DNA of 64,000 nucleotides from Laetmonice hystrix. Taxonomy: Eukaryota. Of this stretch, positions 26,494 through 39,719 are shown in pieces. The DNA lies in contig OZ249436.1 in NCBI GenBank assembly GCA_965235115.1, positions 6,078,001 to 6,142,000 of the forward strand. The letters are read 5' to 3'. Position 1 is the stretch's first letter. Each line of letters opens with the position of its first letter. The position numbers and the translations under genes were made by a program. Under the pieces are notes generated by a model. It ran no database searches. It had not been told where the DNA came from and worked only from the letters and a program-made list of their open reading frames with translations.

Positions 26494-29111
26494 AAATAAC
26501 TCTCAGACTGCCATCAAGATGAAACCACCTGAAATAACTCCCAGACTGCCATGAAACCACCTGAAATAACTCCCAGACTGCCATGAAACCACCTGAAATA
26601 ACTCTCAGACTGCCATGAAACCACCTGAAATAACTCTCAGACTGCCATGAAACCACCTGAAATAACTCCCAGACTGCCATGAAACCACCTGAAATAACTC
26701 TCAGACTGCCATGAAACCACCTGAAATAACTCTCAGACTGCCATGAAACCACCTGAAATAACTCCCAGACTGCCATGAAACCACCTGAAATAACTCCCAG
26801 ACTGCCATGAAACCACCTGAAATAACTCTCAGACTGCCATGAAACCACCTGAAATAACTCCCAGACTGCCATGAAACCACCTGAAATAACTCTCAGACTG
26901 CCATGAAACCACCTGAAATAACTCTCAGACTGCCATGAAACCACCTGAAATAACTCTCAGACTGCCATCAAGATGAAACCACCTGAAATAACTCTCAGTC
27001 TGCCATCAAGATGAAACCACCTGAAATAACTCTCAGACTGCCATGAAACCGCCTGAAATAACTCCCAGACTGCCATGAAACCACCTGAAATAACTCCCAG
27101 ACTGCCATGAAACCACCTGAAATAACTGCCAGACTGCCATGAAACCACCTGAAATAACTCTCAGACTGCCATGAAACCACCTGAAATAACTCCCAGACTG
27201 CCATGAAACCACCTGAAATAACTCTCAGACTGCCATGAAACCACCTGAAATAACGCTCAGACTGCCATGAAACCACCTGAAATAACTCTCAGACTGCCAT
27301 GAAACCACCTGAAATAACTCTCAGACTGCCATGAAACCACCTGAAATAACTCTCAGACTGCCATGAAACCACCTGAAATAACTCTCAGACTGCCATGAAG
27401 ATAAAACCACCTGACATAACTCTCAGACTGCCATGAAACCACCTGAAATAACTCTCAGACTGCCATCAAGATGAAACCACCTGAAATAACTCTCAGACTG
27501 CCATGAAACCACCTGAAATAACTCTCAGACTGCCATGAAACCACCTGAAATAACTCTCAGACTGCCATGAAACCACCTGAAATAACTCTCAGACTGCCAT
27601 GAAACCACCTGAAATAACTCTCAGACTGCCATGAAACCACCTGAAATAACTCTCTGACTGCCATCAAGATGAAACCACCTGAAATAACTCTCAGACTGCC
27701 ATGAAACCACCTGAAATAACTCTCAGACTGCCATGAAACCACCTGAAATAACTCTCAGACTGCCATGAAACCACCTGGAATAACTCTCAGACTGCCATGA
27801 AACCACCTGAAATAACTCTCAGACTGCCATCAAGATAAAACCACCTGAAATAACTCCCAGACTGCCATGAAACCACCTGAAATAACTCTCAGACTGCCAT
27901 GAAACCACCTGAAATAACTCCCAGACTGCCATGAAACCACCTGAAATAACTCTCAGACTGCCATGAAGATGAAACCACCTGAAATAACTCTCAGACTGCC
28001 ATCAAGATGAAACCACCTGAAATAACTCTCAGACTGCCATGAAACCACCTGACATAACTCTCAGACTGCCATGAAACCACCTGAAATAACTCTCAGACTG
28101 CCATCAAGATGAAACCACCTGAAATAACTCTCAGACTGCCATCAAGATGAAACCACCTGAAATAACTCTCAGACTGCCATGAAACCACCTGAAATAACTC
28201 TTAGACTGCCATGAAACCACCTGAAATAACTCTCAGACTGCCATGAAACCACCTGAAATAACTCTCAGACTGCCATGAAGATAAAACCACCTGACATAAC
28301 TCTCAGACTGCCATGAAACCACCTGAAATAACTCTCAGACTGCCATCAAGATGAAACCACCTGAAATAACTCTCAGACTGCCATGAAACCACCTGAAATA
28401 ACTCTCAGACTGCCATGAAACCACCTGAAATAACTCTCAGACTGCCATGAAACCACCTGAAATAACTCTCAGACTGCCATGAAACCACCTGAAATAACTC
28501 TCTGACTGCCATCAAGATGAAACCACCTGAAATAACTCTCAGACTGCCATGAAACCACCTGAAATAACTCTCAGACTGCCATGAAACCACCTGAAATAAC
28601 TCTCAGACTGCCATGAAACCACCTGAAATAACTCTCAGACTGCCATGAAACCACCTGAAATAACTCTCAGACTGCCATCAAGATAAAACCACCTGAAATA
28701 ACTCCCAGACTGCCATGAAACCACCTGAAATAACTCTCAGACTGCCATGAAGATGAAACCACCTGAAATAACTCTCAGACTGCCATCAAGATGAAACCAC
28801 CTGAAATAACTCTCAGACTGCCATGAAACCACCTGACATAACTCTCAGACTGCCATGAAACCACCTGAAATAACTCTCAGACTGCCATCAAGATGAAACC
28901 ACCTGAAATAACTCTCAGACTGCCATCAAGATGAAACCACCTGAAATAACTCTCAGACTGCCATGAAACCACCTGAAATAACTCTTAGACTGCCATGAAA
29001 CAACCTGAAATAACTCTTAGACTGCCATGAAACCACCTGAAATAACTCTCAGACTGCCATGAAGATGAAACCACCTAAAATAACTCCCAAACTGCCATCA
29101 AGATGAAACCA
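26494..29111. repeat. Large minisatellite, 32-bp unit (38-bp variant), ~80 copies, with an internal higher-order duplication
   Basis: GAAACCACCTGAAATAACTCTCAGACTGCCAT plus optional CAAGAT/GAAGAT; rare variants recur at 784-880 bp offsets. Confidence 0.99.
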
Positions 29112-29393
29112 TGTGAACACGGATCGCATGCACAGTCGGCAGTCAAACCTGTCGAGTTTTACACCTACACCATACATTTCACGAAATCAAGATGAAGGAA
29201 GATCCGACTGGCTTGACGAAGTCAGGATACCCGGGTTCTTTTGTAGCCGCGATTTGACATAGATTTCCTTAAGTAGCAGTCCCCCCCCCCCCCACACACA
29301 CACATTGTGGACATCATTATGGGGACCTTATACGGCATATTCGGGCAAGACTAAGTCTTACATCAAAATATATTTTTTCGTGGGACAGGAGAG

Positions 29394-29779
29394 AGGTACA
29401 GGGTCTTAGTTAACAGGGCTCACATGGTTCACAGGTACAGGGTCTGAGTTAACAGGGCTCACATGGTTCACAGGTACAGGGTCTTAGTTAACAGGGCTCA
29501 CATGGTTCACAGGTACAGGGTCTGAGTTAACAGGGCTCACATGGTTCACAGGTACAGGGTCCTAGTCAACAGGGCTCACATGGTTCACAGGTACAGGGCC
29601 AGTAGTTAACAGGGCTCACACGGTTCACAGGTACAGGGTCTTAGTTAACAGGGCTCACATGGTTCACAGGTACAGGGTCTTAGTTAACAGGGCTCACATG
29701 GTTCACAGGTACAGGGCCAGTAGTTAACAGGGCTCATATGGTTCACAGGTACAGGGCCAGTAGTTAACAGGGCTTACAT
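29394..29779. repeat. Minisatellite, 39-bp unit x~10
   Basis: AGGTACAGGGTCTTAGTTAACAGGGCTCACATGGTTCAC. Confidence 0.97.
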
Positions 29780-30454
29780 CTCCACATTCCCAACCTCTAC
29801 CATGGAGGGTATAAGGACCTGTAATGACGAGGGCAATCATGTCTAAGGACCCATCCCGTTTCCAGCTGACTGACTATGAGTTGATCATTGCCGATGGCTG
29901 GTTATTAGCGGCTGGTGGAGACGTCAGCCATGAGGTTGGTCAGTTTAACGAAGTCTCGTTGGTTTAACGAAGTCGGAGTTGTCACCGTCTCTTTACGATT
30001 GGCTGGTGAAAGTGTCGACACTTGACTTCACTGATGCCATCTGCATAGCTCAATTTACCCGGGGCCGAGCGACCCTATCTGTGTGTGTGAAGGGTGCGGG
30101 TGGCCGGCGGAAAGTATGCGGCGAATAATAAAGTGCTTCAAAGTTCAGAGAGGGGTAGTTGTAGAGGTCAGGCAGCGTACGACTCGTGGTCGTCCGCCTG
30201 TGACAAATACTACAATTTGACGGCCAGGGCCGGGCGTAATGATGCTCATTTCCAGCAAGGTCTGTGAGAATCCCGGCTCGGAGCGTCGAGTCGACTCGAT
30301 TGCTGACATCGACCACCGATCAGGTCCTCCTCTGGTCTGTGATCTCAACGCTCCGATCGTGTACCCCCCGGTCACGTCCGATCTCACCACGGGTTTCATC
30401 AAGCCGGAGACACGTTTTCTCTGTTTGACTCCTCCCTCCTCACCGGATCCAGCG

Positions 30455-30860
30455 CGTGCCGTAAGGAGCACCTCCCCGCCCGCCTTTTATACAGATTCAC
30501 GCTAATATCACGCTAAATAAGGAGCTTCCGCCGTCTGCCCGCATCGACAGCGCCGCGTGAAGTTGGTGGCGGGATCGAAATTACGCCCAGTCGTCGTCGA
30601 TGATAGAGCCGGTCTCATGGAACACGTGGAAATAAGACAAATGTGCGAGAAACGCTCATCAGAATGCGGCGCGGGCCGTCGACCACATTGACTCGTGTCT
30701 CCGCTTATACTATCAAATAGCTGTCCTGGGAGTACATCCCTAATTTAAAACGGTGTTCATTTCGAAATTACGCGGCCCCTGAAGTCCAGTTTGGCCTGAT
30801 TTATGGCAATCCTGAAAGGAGATTTCTCACGTTGGCTGATTGATATTTGTCATGACCCGA
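30455..30860 (-). promoter_or_regulatory. Candidate TATA promoter with nearby Hox/Pbx- and Meis-type sites in a CpG-rich island
   Basis: TATAAAAG on minus at 30484-30491 followed by GCGGGCGGGG; TGATTTATGG 30797-30806, TGATTGAT 30837-30844, TGTCA 30848-30852; no downstream CDS identified. Confidence 0.28.
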
Positions 30861-32280
30861 AAATGGGAAATCGTGCAACCTATTTGCTCGTCGCGTTTCA
30901 ATGATCGTCACGGGGCCAAGCAAAATGATCCAAAATGATGGCAGATCACTCTCTGAGTTCGGATTGCGAGCCGTTATTTCGTCTTGGTCCGGACGCCTTC
31001 ATCAATATAAACGGCCATGGTGGGATAGCTAACCGCACGGGGCGCACAACTTACTGCGCACGTCCGAGGGCAGCGACCAGTACATTCACCGGCCACCGCT
31101 CCTCAGTTGTTCGTATTTATAGGGAGCGCACCCGTGCTACGTTTCTACAATTGTGGTTGGTAGGACAAAATGGAGGCAACATCTGATAGCCCTGTATATA
31201 TATATTATATTATAAACGTCACTGGAAGTGTTTGCGAACTGGCGAGAAAGAAGCCATATATACATCGGTTCATATACATCATTTTCAGCACACACGCCAA
31301 CGTAACACGGCCCGGTTGGATCAACGTTGATTTAACGGAGCTTGAATGGAAATTTTATTTCGAACATATATACTTTGTCTTCAATGAGAAGCTTGGTAGT
31401 AGATGAACATTTGAGAGCATTGTTCTCCCTGAAACCCCCGTGTATAAGGTCGTCAGGTGGGGTTAAACCCCCAGGGTGTTCACCCATTACTGAACCCACA
31501 CAGTCGTTATAGCTGTCGGCAAACCGGGGGTAAACTCTCTGCGGTCCCTCCTGATAAATGATGTCGACAAAACAAAGGAAAGATCTTCCTCCTCAGACTG
31601 AGTTAGATAAGGGGTGTCGTAGACCATACTAAGTACCACTTAGTCAGAGGTAGGTAACAAATTTACCGAGCTCCAGGTTGGAACATACCTGCCCCTCCAT
31701 GCATGTCGATACTAGCGTGTAGTTTTGGGGGTACACTGCTGTTTCACTACCACATAATGACCCAAAACAAAACGATCAAAACTTTTTTCTCTTTTTCTTG
31801 TGTCTTTACCCAGAACACATACTCAAAAAGTTCCTTTTGACAACTGTGAATTCATGAGCAAATCCAATTTATATCCCTAATCCTTCGCTTTATATATTCT
31901 AATTTTCTTTAGTAAAACACACTTCTGTATGTATACATGTTAGTTATTGTAATATTTCAGTATTCTATCGGGAATTAACAATAAAAGTTGATGTTTATCG
32001 TCTATTCTTGTCTTGCTGACTAATGTGTTGTAGTGTATGGGTGTCTCTTTTTTTTCTTTTTGCTCAAATAAAAATAGATGAAAACAACTTTTGACATGCA
32101 TAAACAAGACCGACCTGTGAATCTGCATGTATCATGACAGCCAGCAACATTATACAGAAATGGCGGCATTGGGGGTTTGAAATATTTAATGTCAAAGTTC
32201 AACAAGTTTTTTTTATGCTCACCCTATATATTTTCGTGCCTATAAAGTTCTACTATGAAATGGAACCTTTGATGACCTCA

Positions 32281-32908
32281 TATGATGAGATTAATATATA
32301 GTTTACAACTTTGTATAATGTTTTAGTTAGTTAGAACATCAATACTACCGCATTACTTTATACCGTGAGATTGATACATTTAACGTGAGATTGATACATT
32401 TACCGTTAGATTGATACATTTTTATGATGAGATTAGTATAGTTTACAACTTTGTATAATGTTTTAGTTAGTTAGAACATCAATACTACCGCATTACTTTA
32501 TACCGTGAGATTGATACATTTACCGTTAGATTGATACATTTACCGTTAGATTGATACATTTTTATGATGAGATTAGTATAGTTTACAACTTTGTATAATG
32601 TTTTAGTTAGTTAGAACATCAATAATATCGCATTACTTTATACCGTGAGATTGATACATTTACCGTTAGATTGATACATTTTTATGATGAGATTAGTATA
32701 TAGTTTACAACTTTGTATAATGTTTCAGTTAGTTAAAACATCAATACTACAACGCATTACTTTATCTATACGGTGCTTTTTGATTGATACATTTTTTTAT
32801 GATGAGATTAGTATAGTTTACAACTTTGTATAATGTTTTAGTTAGTTAAAACATCAATACTACTACGCATTACTTTATCTATACAGTGCTTTTTGATTGA
32901 TACACTTT
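32281..32908. repeat. AT-rich compound repeat, ~115-145-bp unit x5 with a nested 20-bp subrepeat
   Basis: TATGATGAGATTAGTATAGTTTACAACTTTGTATAATG... unit carrying 1-3 copies of TTACCGTTAGATTGATACAT or a diverged form. Confidence 0.94.
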
Positions 32909-33050
32909 TTTTTAAAGAAAGAGGTAAAGGCACTTTATTTTGTTTTCAAAGTGTGTAAAATATAGCGTTTCAATAATTATCCTTTCATTCGAATATAAGA
33001 TAGCACTGTATCGCATCATGACATATACGAGTGTTTCTCGGGGCTATGCC

Positions 33051-33173
33051 GCCGACCAGCCTGTCTCTCGGTGAGACAGCAATGGGTGAGACATGACATA
33101 ACAAAGATTGTAGCCGACCAGCCTGTCTCTCGGTGAGACAGCAATGGGTGAGACATGACATAACAAAGATTGT
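33051..33173. repeat. Two-copy 62-bp tandem duplication
   Basis: GCCGACCAGCCTGTCTCTCGGTGAGACAG...AAAGATTGTA at 33051 and 33113. Confidence 0.95.
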
Positions 33174-33520
33174 AACCGTCACAGATATAGACGGCTGAGG
33201 TGTACGGCGACAGCTGGGCCGGACCACAGACCGCCGTCTCCGGCCGCCGACGGGACCACTGCCGCCGGTCGACCGGGACAAGGCCTGCTACACATCAACC
33301 CCGGCATACGACGGGGCGATGGGATATACCCTTATATGGTGTGGCACCTGTCAATCAATTCGTATGTGGTAGATGGGGAATGAGAGGGGTGCAATGGGGG
33401 AGGGGGTGTAGCGGGGCTTGCTGCGTGGTGAAAGTGGATAAAGACATGGTAGTCGCCTCGGGTTCAATAATTTAACACCTGGATATCAAGGAATGAATAT
33501 GTGTTTGTTTTCAGCCCTGT

Positions 33521-33594
33521 TGCCGCTCAATGCCACAGTGCCGCTCAATGCCACAGTGCCGCTCAATGCCACAATGCCGCTCAATGCCACAGTG
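33521..33594. repeat. 18-bp unit x4
   Basis: TGCCGCTCAATGCCACAG. Confidence 0.95.
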
Positions 33595-34478
33595 AACTTT
33601 CTGTGTGGTCAGGACCGTAATCATTCCAAGCAGCGCTTGTTTAAATATTTTGCAGAAATAGAAAAGGCGCCAAACGCAAGACTTGGGTTGGGAAGCGTGC
33701 CCAGGTCGATTCCCTGGCGGTTCCTAAGCAATAGCGTTTCCATGACAGCCGTATAATTGCTTCAATAAGCGAAACGCTGAGTGTACTAAATGAAGTGCCA
33801 ATCACGTGTTGGGCGAGGGTTGGTTAGCGTCAGCAGGGTCCGCCGGGGCTCAGCCTCATATCGCGTCTCTCGGCCTTTGATGATGGTATGTGATCGAAAA
33901 CTGTCAGATGTATCCTTCAAACTTGTCAGCCACTTTCCCCATTCCATCGGCCCAGGCAAATATTTTTTCACCCGGATTTCCGATATCAGTCTCAGAAACA
34001 ACAAATGACATTCAGGAATTGCATTTCATTACGTTGTAGTTTGTATTCGATAAAATGATGGCGGGGAAAATAGTTATCGAGAGATATCGGCAGCTGAAGG
34101 TCGACAGAACTGACCCTTGTGGGACGAAACCTACACCCCACAGCACCCATCCTCACCCAACCCTATACCGCCCCCTCTCCCTGTTAAATAGGAGGGCAAG
34201 TTTGGATGTATTTTGTGTATGCATCTGAACATTTCTACGAACAGCCGTGAAGGCGAGGTGACATTCCCATCGTGACATGAACGCCGGGAACGAGTCTGAT
34301 TCATTGTAGCCGTCGGGATCGGAAAACAATGGCAGACAATCAAACATGTGTTTACTCACGACATGCTTCAACCAACCATCCATCACAGGTCGACTGATGG
34401 CACCGCTCCGGGGATCGTCATCAGACCGTATTCTCTGGGTATGGGTGGGTGCCTGGGTGGTGGGGGCAGTCTCTTGGT

Positions 34479-35071
34479 CACCGGCCAGGGACCCACCGAC
34501 CGGGGACCCACCGGCCGGGGACCCACCGGCCGGGGACCCACCGGCCGGGGACAAGGGGACCCACCGGCCGGGGACCCACCGGCCAGGGACCCACCGACCG
34601 GGGACATATACACCGGCCAGGGACCCACCGACCGGGGACCCACCACCGGCCGGGGACACATACACCGACTGGGGACAAGGGGACCCACCGGCCGGGGACA
34701 AGGGGACCCACCGACCGGGGACAAGGGGACCCACCGGCCGGGGACACCGTCATACACCGGCCAGGGACCCACCGGCCGGGGACACATACACCGGCCAGGG
34801 ACCCACCGACCGGGGACACATACACCGGCCGGGGACACATACAGCGGCCAGGGACCCACCGACCGGGGACCCACCGTCATACACCGGCCAGGGACCCACC
34901 GGCCGGGGACCCACCGGCCGGGGACACATACACCGGCCAGGGACCGACCAGCCGGGGACAGGGGGACCCACCGGCCGGGGACAGGGGGAACCACCGGCCG
35001 GGGACAAGGGGACCCACCGGCCGGGTACAAGGGGACCCACCGGCCGGAGACAAGGGGGCCCACCGACAGGG
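34479..35071. repeat. Modular GC-rich minisatellite, 15-bp core
   Basis: CACCGGCCGGGGACC core with GGACAAGGG and ACACATA modules. Confidence 0.95.
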
Positions 35072-35457
35072 AAACCGCCACCTTTCCGACCACACACCGT
35101 CAGCCGTATACATAGTCGTACGTATACCTTGCAAAGTCTCCTGTCAGCGCGAAAAAAAGGCAAAGGGAGAAAACAAAGAAAAAATGGGAGTAAACCAAGC
35201 ATTTCAATCCTTCACTATAAACCGCATCCTGTTGCTTGTCTGAGCCCCGCATGTTGAAATCATCGATCGTGGTGAGCTAGTTATTGAATCACTCGTTCGG
35301 TTCCAAACAAGGAGATTTGATGTGGGACCTTCATTCAGTCTGTCTGACGTCTGTGTTATGAGATTATAGAGATAACTGTGGAATGTTGCCCCGTCGTAAC
35401 CCATCACGATAGCGTGGAGACCTGATAACATCCTCATTTAGAACCAAAAAAAATTCT

Positions 35458-35677
35458 CACTCGGGACTACACAAGGTGACTGATATGTGGACTGTGCCGT
35501 GAGTTGGGGACGCACTCGGGACTACACAATGTGACTGATATGTGGACTATGCCGTGAGCTGGGGACACACGCGGGACTAAACAAGCTGACTGATATGTGG
35601 ACTGTGCCGTGAGTTGGGGACACACTCGGGACTACACAAAGTGACTGATATGTGGACTGTGCCGTGAGCTGGGGACG
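35458..35677. repeat. 55-bp unit x4
   Basis: CACTCGGGACTACACAAGGTGACTGATATGTGGACTGTGCCGTGAGTTGGGG.. Confidence 0.95.
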
Positions 35678-36323
35678 ATGAACGGGGACTTACCGGTGAC
35701 AAAAACATTGAACTGTGGAGTAAGAAAAGTACTCGTATATATACGCCACAGTCCGCGTTTGCCTTCAAGGAGAATAAAAAGTTTCATTTGGTGACAGTCT
35801 GCCCGTGAAGGACGGATACGAGAGTTTTTACACAATATTAGATTCTACTGGAAATATTAAACAGTATACTTTGGACAAATTGAAACATCTTCTTGGGATG
35901 CAAGCCTGAATGGAAAAGTGAACATTTAACTTCGTTCTTATGGCGGGAACGCCATTATAAATTTAAATTAACTTTCTTCTATACTTTATAAAATAGGTTC
36001 CTGGCACATTGATGCTAACAGTTAGAGCTAACAACCAGTGGGATGCTAAGGTTACTACATGTATACTGATGGTAATACTGTTGACAAGCATATAGTGCAA
36101 TGATTACCCATGACACGTATGACATCCAGACTACGTCCCTAAAACCATCCGATGTTTTCCCGTTTGTTTCCCGAAAATAACCACGACAACATGATTTACA
36201 AAGTTAGGTTGAAAGCCAACCTCGGCCGCCAACTCCTATACATGCGGTGGTCGCCCGAGGTGGACCAGTTATCTGAGCGTCCGCCGACTGAGACAGTCCG
36301 GGCCCGGTGGTCTCACGGACCAC

Positions 36324-39300
36324 ATGGCGGGGACCACACGGGCGTCGGTCGCTCCCATTACAACTTCTCGCTCGCACGCCCATCCACCTCAACCCAGTCA
36401 TTACCGATTTTCTGATCGCCTGGCGTCTAAAGGGAATCCGAGGCAGCGACTCGAACAAACCCGCTGTTTACCGGGAGACTCGAACAAACCCCCTGGTTAC
36501 CGGGAGAATTACCCGCGGTCGCCTTCATGCTTCCGTGACGTTTTGATATGTTCGCTTCGGCAGGTTAAAAGGCGAGCCCACCTCAGACGTAAAGTTAGGT
36601 AAAGTTTCGACATGTATGGAAGGATATGGTGGCTTCCTACACTGCACGTCACGGCAGTTCTCAACTCTACAAAACTATCAGTAGGTATGTTTGAGAACTG
36701 ACCGGGGCAAGTGAAAACAATTTCCCAATGATGAGACAGAGATTTGACATTATTATATTTTTTATTGTTGCCTATTACGTAATGTAGGCCCATGTCTTAT
36801 GTCCTGCCGATAGTGCTAATCTATTTTATCTTTCAGAAACCCTTCTAATTTAATGAAGATAAGTCAAATGGTGGTGAGTAAAAAATTCAGACATTTTGGC
36901 GGAAGATTTTACCGTGAGAAAGAGAATTGTCGTGATTACAGGTGAGGTTAAGTTATTGACATTTATTTTAAAAAGAGGCGCTGTTTGGTTCAGTCTGATG
37001 GCAAATTCGCTAAATATAATTTATTCTGCTGTCCGGATTTTAAAAATTTAAATCAGGAGTGGCATTTCTTCATGAATAAAATGAACTGTCCAGAAAGGTA
37101 TTTTAGTTTTTAAAATATTTCTTTATCAGCCTGAATCTGGTAAAAGATTGATAGAAATTCCCTGCGGTTGTTTTCCACGGTGCTGCCCACATAATACATT
37201 GAGACCCCTGAGTCTGAGAGTACACATAGGAAATCTTTGACCTTTTGTAGACATCAGATATATGATGGCCATCAGTTACAGTCATCATCATAACCCTATC
37301 TTCGCGAGGTTTCTACTTCAATGACACCTCACATTAGAAGTGACCCCTGCTTCCTTTCTACTGTCAACCCCATCTACAAGGCCCCTTCTGTTGTCAAGTT
37401 TTTTCTCCATCCCACACCCACCCACTAAATGACAACACCCTGCAAATACAGGACACTGTGCCTCTTTTTTCCCCTACAGAATAATCTATCTTAATCTTTT
37501 GACAAAATTGTCCTTCCGTTGCATTTTGCAATTCAAGGAAGTCCATAAAGAGACCCACTTTACCATATACTAGAAGAATGTCGTCCCTACGAGACAAGCA
37601 GACCTCCCGTTTCCTGCACTAGTGGGCATGTATTTGTAGAGCACCTTCACGAACCATCAAGTGCCAAGTCCGTTTCTTTTGAAGGATGAATTGCAACCCT
37701 CTGTATAAAGAGGGGGCGGCCTAGAAGGTGTTATGATGAAAGGGAGCACAGTTTTTGTAACCATATCGTGAATGGTGGGTGGGGCCTCAGAGCACAGGCC
37801 GGTCCCATTGACGACCAGTTTGCCAGATGGAGACAGTTCGACCCTGGAGGTGGTCACAAACAAGCCTGGAGACAGACTGGAGGGCCCGACCATGTGCATA
37901 CTACGGCCCGCCTGGCCAAGGGCGGGCAGAGATAGGCAGCTCGATAACATCTCTGGGCCGACCTCAACCTAACGCGTCACACCTCGCTCGAGAAAGATGA
38001 CAATTTTTGTGCGAGTAACACATTGCTTTTGTTTGATATATATCTAGTTCTCATACAACCAGCGTTTCTTTGTGTAAGAGCTGTTTTTTTAAATTTTATG
38101 TGAATTTAATAATTGCGGAAGCCATCAACACCAGTATTACGAAACTTTTCACTTTATAGGTTTACACATGACTAAAGCGAGTGGATTATGCGTGTATATA
38201 TGTTCGTGACAGTAATCAAAAGCAAAATGCTTAACTTTTTGCGCAACCTTCAGAAATATATAAATATTTGCCGAATTTGCCATTTTGGGCATATATAAGT
38301 CTATATATTCTATTCTAGGTCTGTTTCCCATAAACAGTATAATCGGTAACATTGGCAAGCTGAACAGACATCGCTATAAATACCTCTTTAGCTCTCTAAA
38401 TAAATAATTTTGTTGAAAAATATATTTCTTATTTATTTTCAATAACTATAACATTTCGTTGTGTTTGAGGTGAAACGTTACACTGAGGATTGGACCGACG
38501 TTATTGTATGTCACATGTAGTCGGACGATGCTGAGAACTTGCCCCACCCAGTGTCACCTCTCGAGAACGTGCTCCACCCAGTGTCACCTCTCGAGAACGT
38601 GCCCCACCCAGTGTCACCTCTCGAGAACGTGCCCCACCCAGTGTCACCTCTCGAGAACGTGCCCCACCCAGTGTCACCTCTCGAGAACGTGCCCCACCCA
38701 GTGTCACCTCTCGAGAACGTGCCCCACCCAGTGTCACCTCTCGAGAACTTGCCCCACTCAGTGTCACCTCTCGAGAACGTGCCCCACCCAGTGTCACCTC
38801 TCGAGAACGTGCCCCACCCAGTGTCACCTCTCGAGAACGTGCCCCACCCAGTGTCACCTCTCGAGAACGTGCCCCACCCAGTGTCACCTCCCGAGAACGT
38901 GCCCCACCCAGTGTCACCTCTCGAGAACGTGCCCCACCCAGTGTCACCTCTCGAGAACGTGCCCCACCCAGTGTCACCTCTCGAGAACGTGCCCCACCCA
39001 GTGTCACCTCTCGAGAACGTGCCCCACCCAGTGTCACCTCTCGAGAACGTGCCCCACCCAGTGTCACCTCTCTAGTGTACACAAAAACAACCATCCAGTC
39101 CATAACTTCAGCCGGAGTCATTCAGACATGTAACCAAACAGTTTATTACCAATATTTTTTCGCTGAGGTGAAATCCGCTGAATGGTATTATTGAGTTTTG
39201 AGCGGACACGGTCCATAATGTATGTGCGAACATTATAATTGATTACATATTTATACATATCAGGGAGACAATAAAGACACATCTGTGGGCTAATGTTATT

Positions 39301-39719
39301 ATACCTTATTTGTTAACGATATCATGCAGAAGATTCTATTAGATTGCTTAAAATATACCTTAAAAAACAGCTTTAACACCCATGCATTGCTAAACTTCCT
39401 AATGGAAAATCCATCTACCTTACTGTTTTTCTTTCTCTGTGTTGATTTCTTGGAAAGAGCTCGTAGTGCGAGCATTATTCAGAGAACCTTCTAACGACAT
39501 ATGCGTGTCTGAATACGATTAGAATATTAAATATGTTAATACAGACTGATTTCCGTGTACCATTACAGGACTTTCCTTTGGTCACAGTCTGGGTCATCTA
39601 TAATGTCCAAATCCTGCCAAGCCCGGGAAACAGTCCCAGGGAGGACTCCTTTAATCTTGTCGAAAGCCGTGCCAAACTCACCATCAACAAATTTGGCGTC
39701 TGACGGTGAACATTCCTGA
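36324..39719 (+). CDS. Hypothetical 3-exon ORF (36324-36598, 36837-36941, 39569-39719; 176 aa), no recognisable homology; could be lncRNA/UTR exons or chance
   Basis: CACATGGCG start; donor AG|GTAAAG; branch GCTAAT plus pyrimidine tract plus TTTCAG acceptor; donor CAG|GTGAGG; CTGAT...CATTACAG acceptor; both introns phase 2 with the frame open throughout. Confidence 0.22.
36449..36507. repeat. Two-copy 29-bp duplication
   Basis: ACTCGAACAAACCCSCTGKTTACCGGGAG twice. Confidence 0.88.
38533..39072. repeat. Highly homogeneous minisatellite, 30-bp unit x18
   Basis: GAGAACGTGCCCCACCCAGTGTCACCTCTC; only a few substitutions. Confidence 0.99.

Noticed and set aside
34346..35257. Collagen-like Gly/Pro-rich ORFs
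   Set aside because: Period is 5 aa, not Gly-X-Y; all six frames are largely open because of GC-rich repeat composition.
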